DNA from: Candidatus Omnitrophota bacterium
GTDB taxonomy: Bacteria; Omnitrophota; Omnitrophia; Omnitrophales; JACQLI01
Direction: 5' to 3'
Assembly: GCA_016179745.1 (NCBI GenBank)
Contig: JACPCP010000015.1
Coordinates: 45,608 to 109,607 of the forward strand
Length of the DNA stretch: 64,000 nt
Position 1 is the stretch's first letter, and each line of letters starts with the position of its first letter. A program made the translations under genes and the position numbers. Of the stretch, positions 63,724-64,000 are shown piece by piece. Under the pieces are notes generated by a model. The model saw only the letters and a list, made by a program, of their open reading frames with translations, did no database searches and was not told the DNA's origin.

Positions 63724-63890
63724 AACTCTGGCATCTCGGGCTCCTCCTTACGATTGGAGCCAGCCTTGTGAATGGCCTCCTCATCCGCTTCGATATCACC
63801 GGCCTTCCCCGTGAATTCATGCGCCTCCTCATTCTTCTAGGTCTCGGAATCCTTGCCTTCAGCCTGATCCAAAAATTCAAGCGAAATTAA
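63720..63890 (+). CDS. Hypothetical 56-aa membrane protein (two hydrophobic helices)
   Basis: ATGA overlap with the previous gene. Sequence: MKLWHLGLLLTIGASLVNGLLIRFDITGLPREFMRLLILLGLGILAFSLIQKFKRN. Confidence 0.35.
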   Translation: MKLWHLGLLLTIGASLVNGLLIRFDITGLPREFMRLLILLGLGILAFSLIQKFKRN

Positions 63891-64000
63891 TGCCCCAAAA
63901 GCTCATTGCCCTTCACCTTCTCTTTATGTTTTCCTTCCAACAAGTTACCTTTGTTTCCTGAACCGATTATCTTTCTCGGGGTGCCGATTCATCTCTTTGG

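Overview
Bacterial chromosomal window of roughly 55-60% GC. It uses many GTG/TTG starts, and genes are tightly coupled by ATGA/TAATG overlaps. I cannot assign a lineage from sequence alone.

Most of 1-48.9 kb is housekeeping:
- redox defence (tpx, a 2-Cys peroxiredoxin, bolA-grx4)
- fabI
- one long Fe-S biogenesis operon (iscS-iscA-rrf2-sufBCDSUT)
- ppc, ilvD and a 2-oxoacid:ferredoxin oxidoreductase
- a split transketolase, ggt and thyA-folA
- a chlorite-dismutase-family gene
- a partial complex I locus (nuoA-B-C-D-EF-G-H, then a desaturase, then nuoI; nuoJ-N are absent)

Accessory or unusual content:
1. A ~1,850-aa Hanks-type Ser/Thr kinase protein that appears split by a -1 frame change (3193-8726).
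2. A ~3,965-aa secreted multidomain protein (49297-61194) whose stop overlaps the start of a small type I signal peptidase. The last ~1 kb of the giant gene plus lepB form a low-GC block.
3. A short palindromic element family (AAAAGGGGACAGTCCCCTTTT / GGGGACAGGCA). Copies lie in intergenic hairpins and also in frame inside folA and dapF.
4. A ~390-nt densely self-complementary non-coding insert between nuoF and nuoG.
5. A Y1 (RAYT/IS200-like) transposase flanked by perfect 25-bp inverted repeats, sitting at the break of a truncated dapF.
6. A nuoD gene with a frame-breaking deletion.
7. Several promoters whose -10 box lies only 6-10 nt from the start codon, suggesting leaderless mRNAs.

No rRNA, tRNA or CRISPR array was found. 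All functional calls rest on motif and family recognition by eye; no database search was run.
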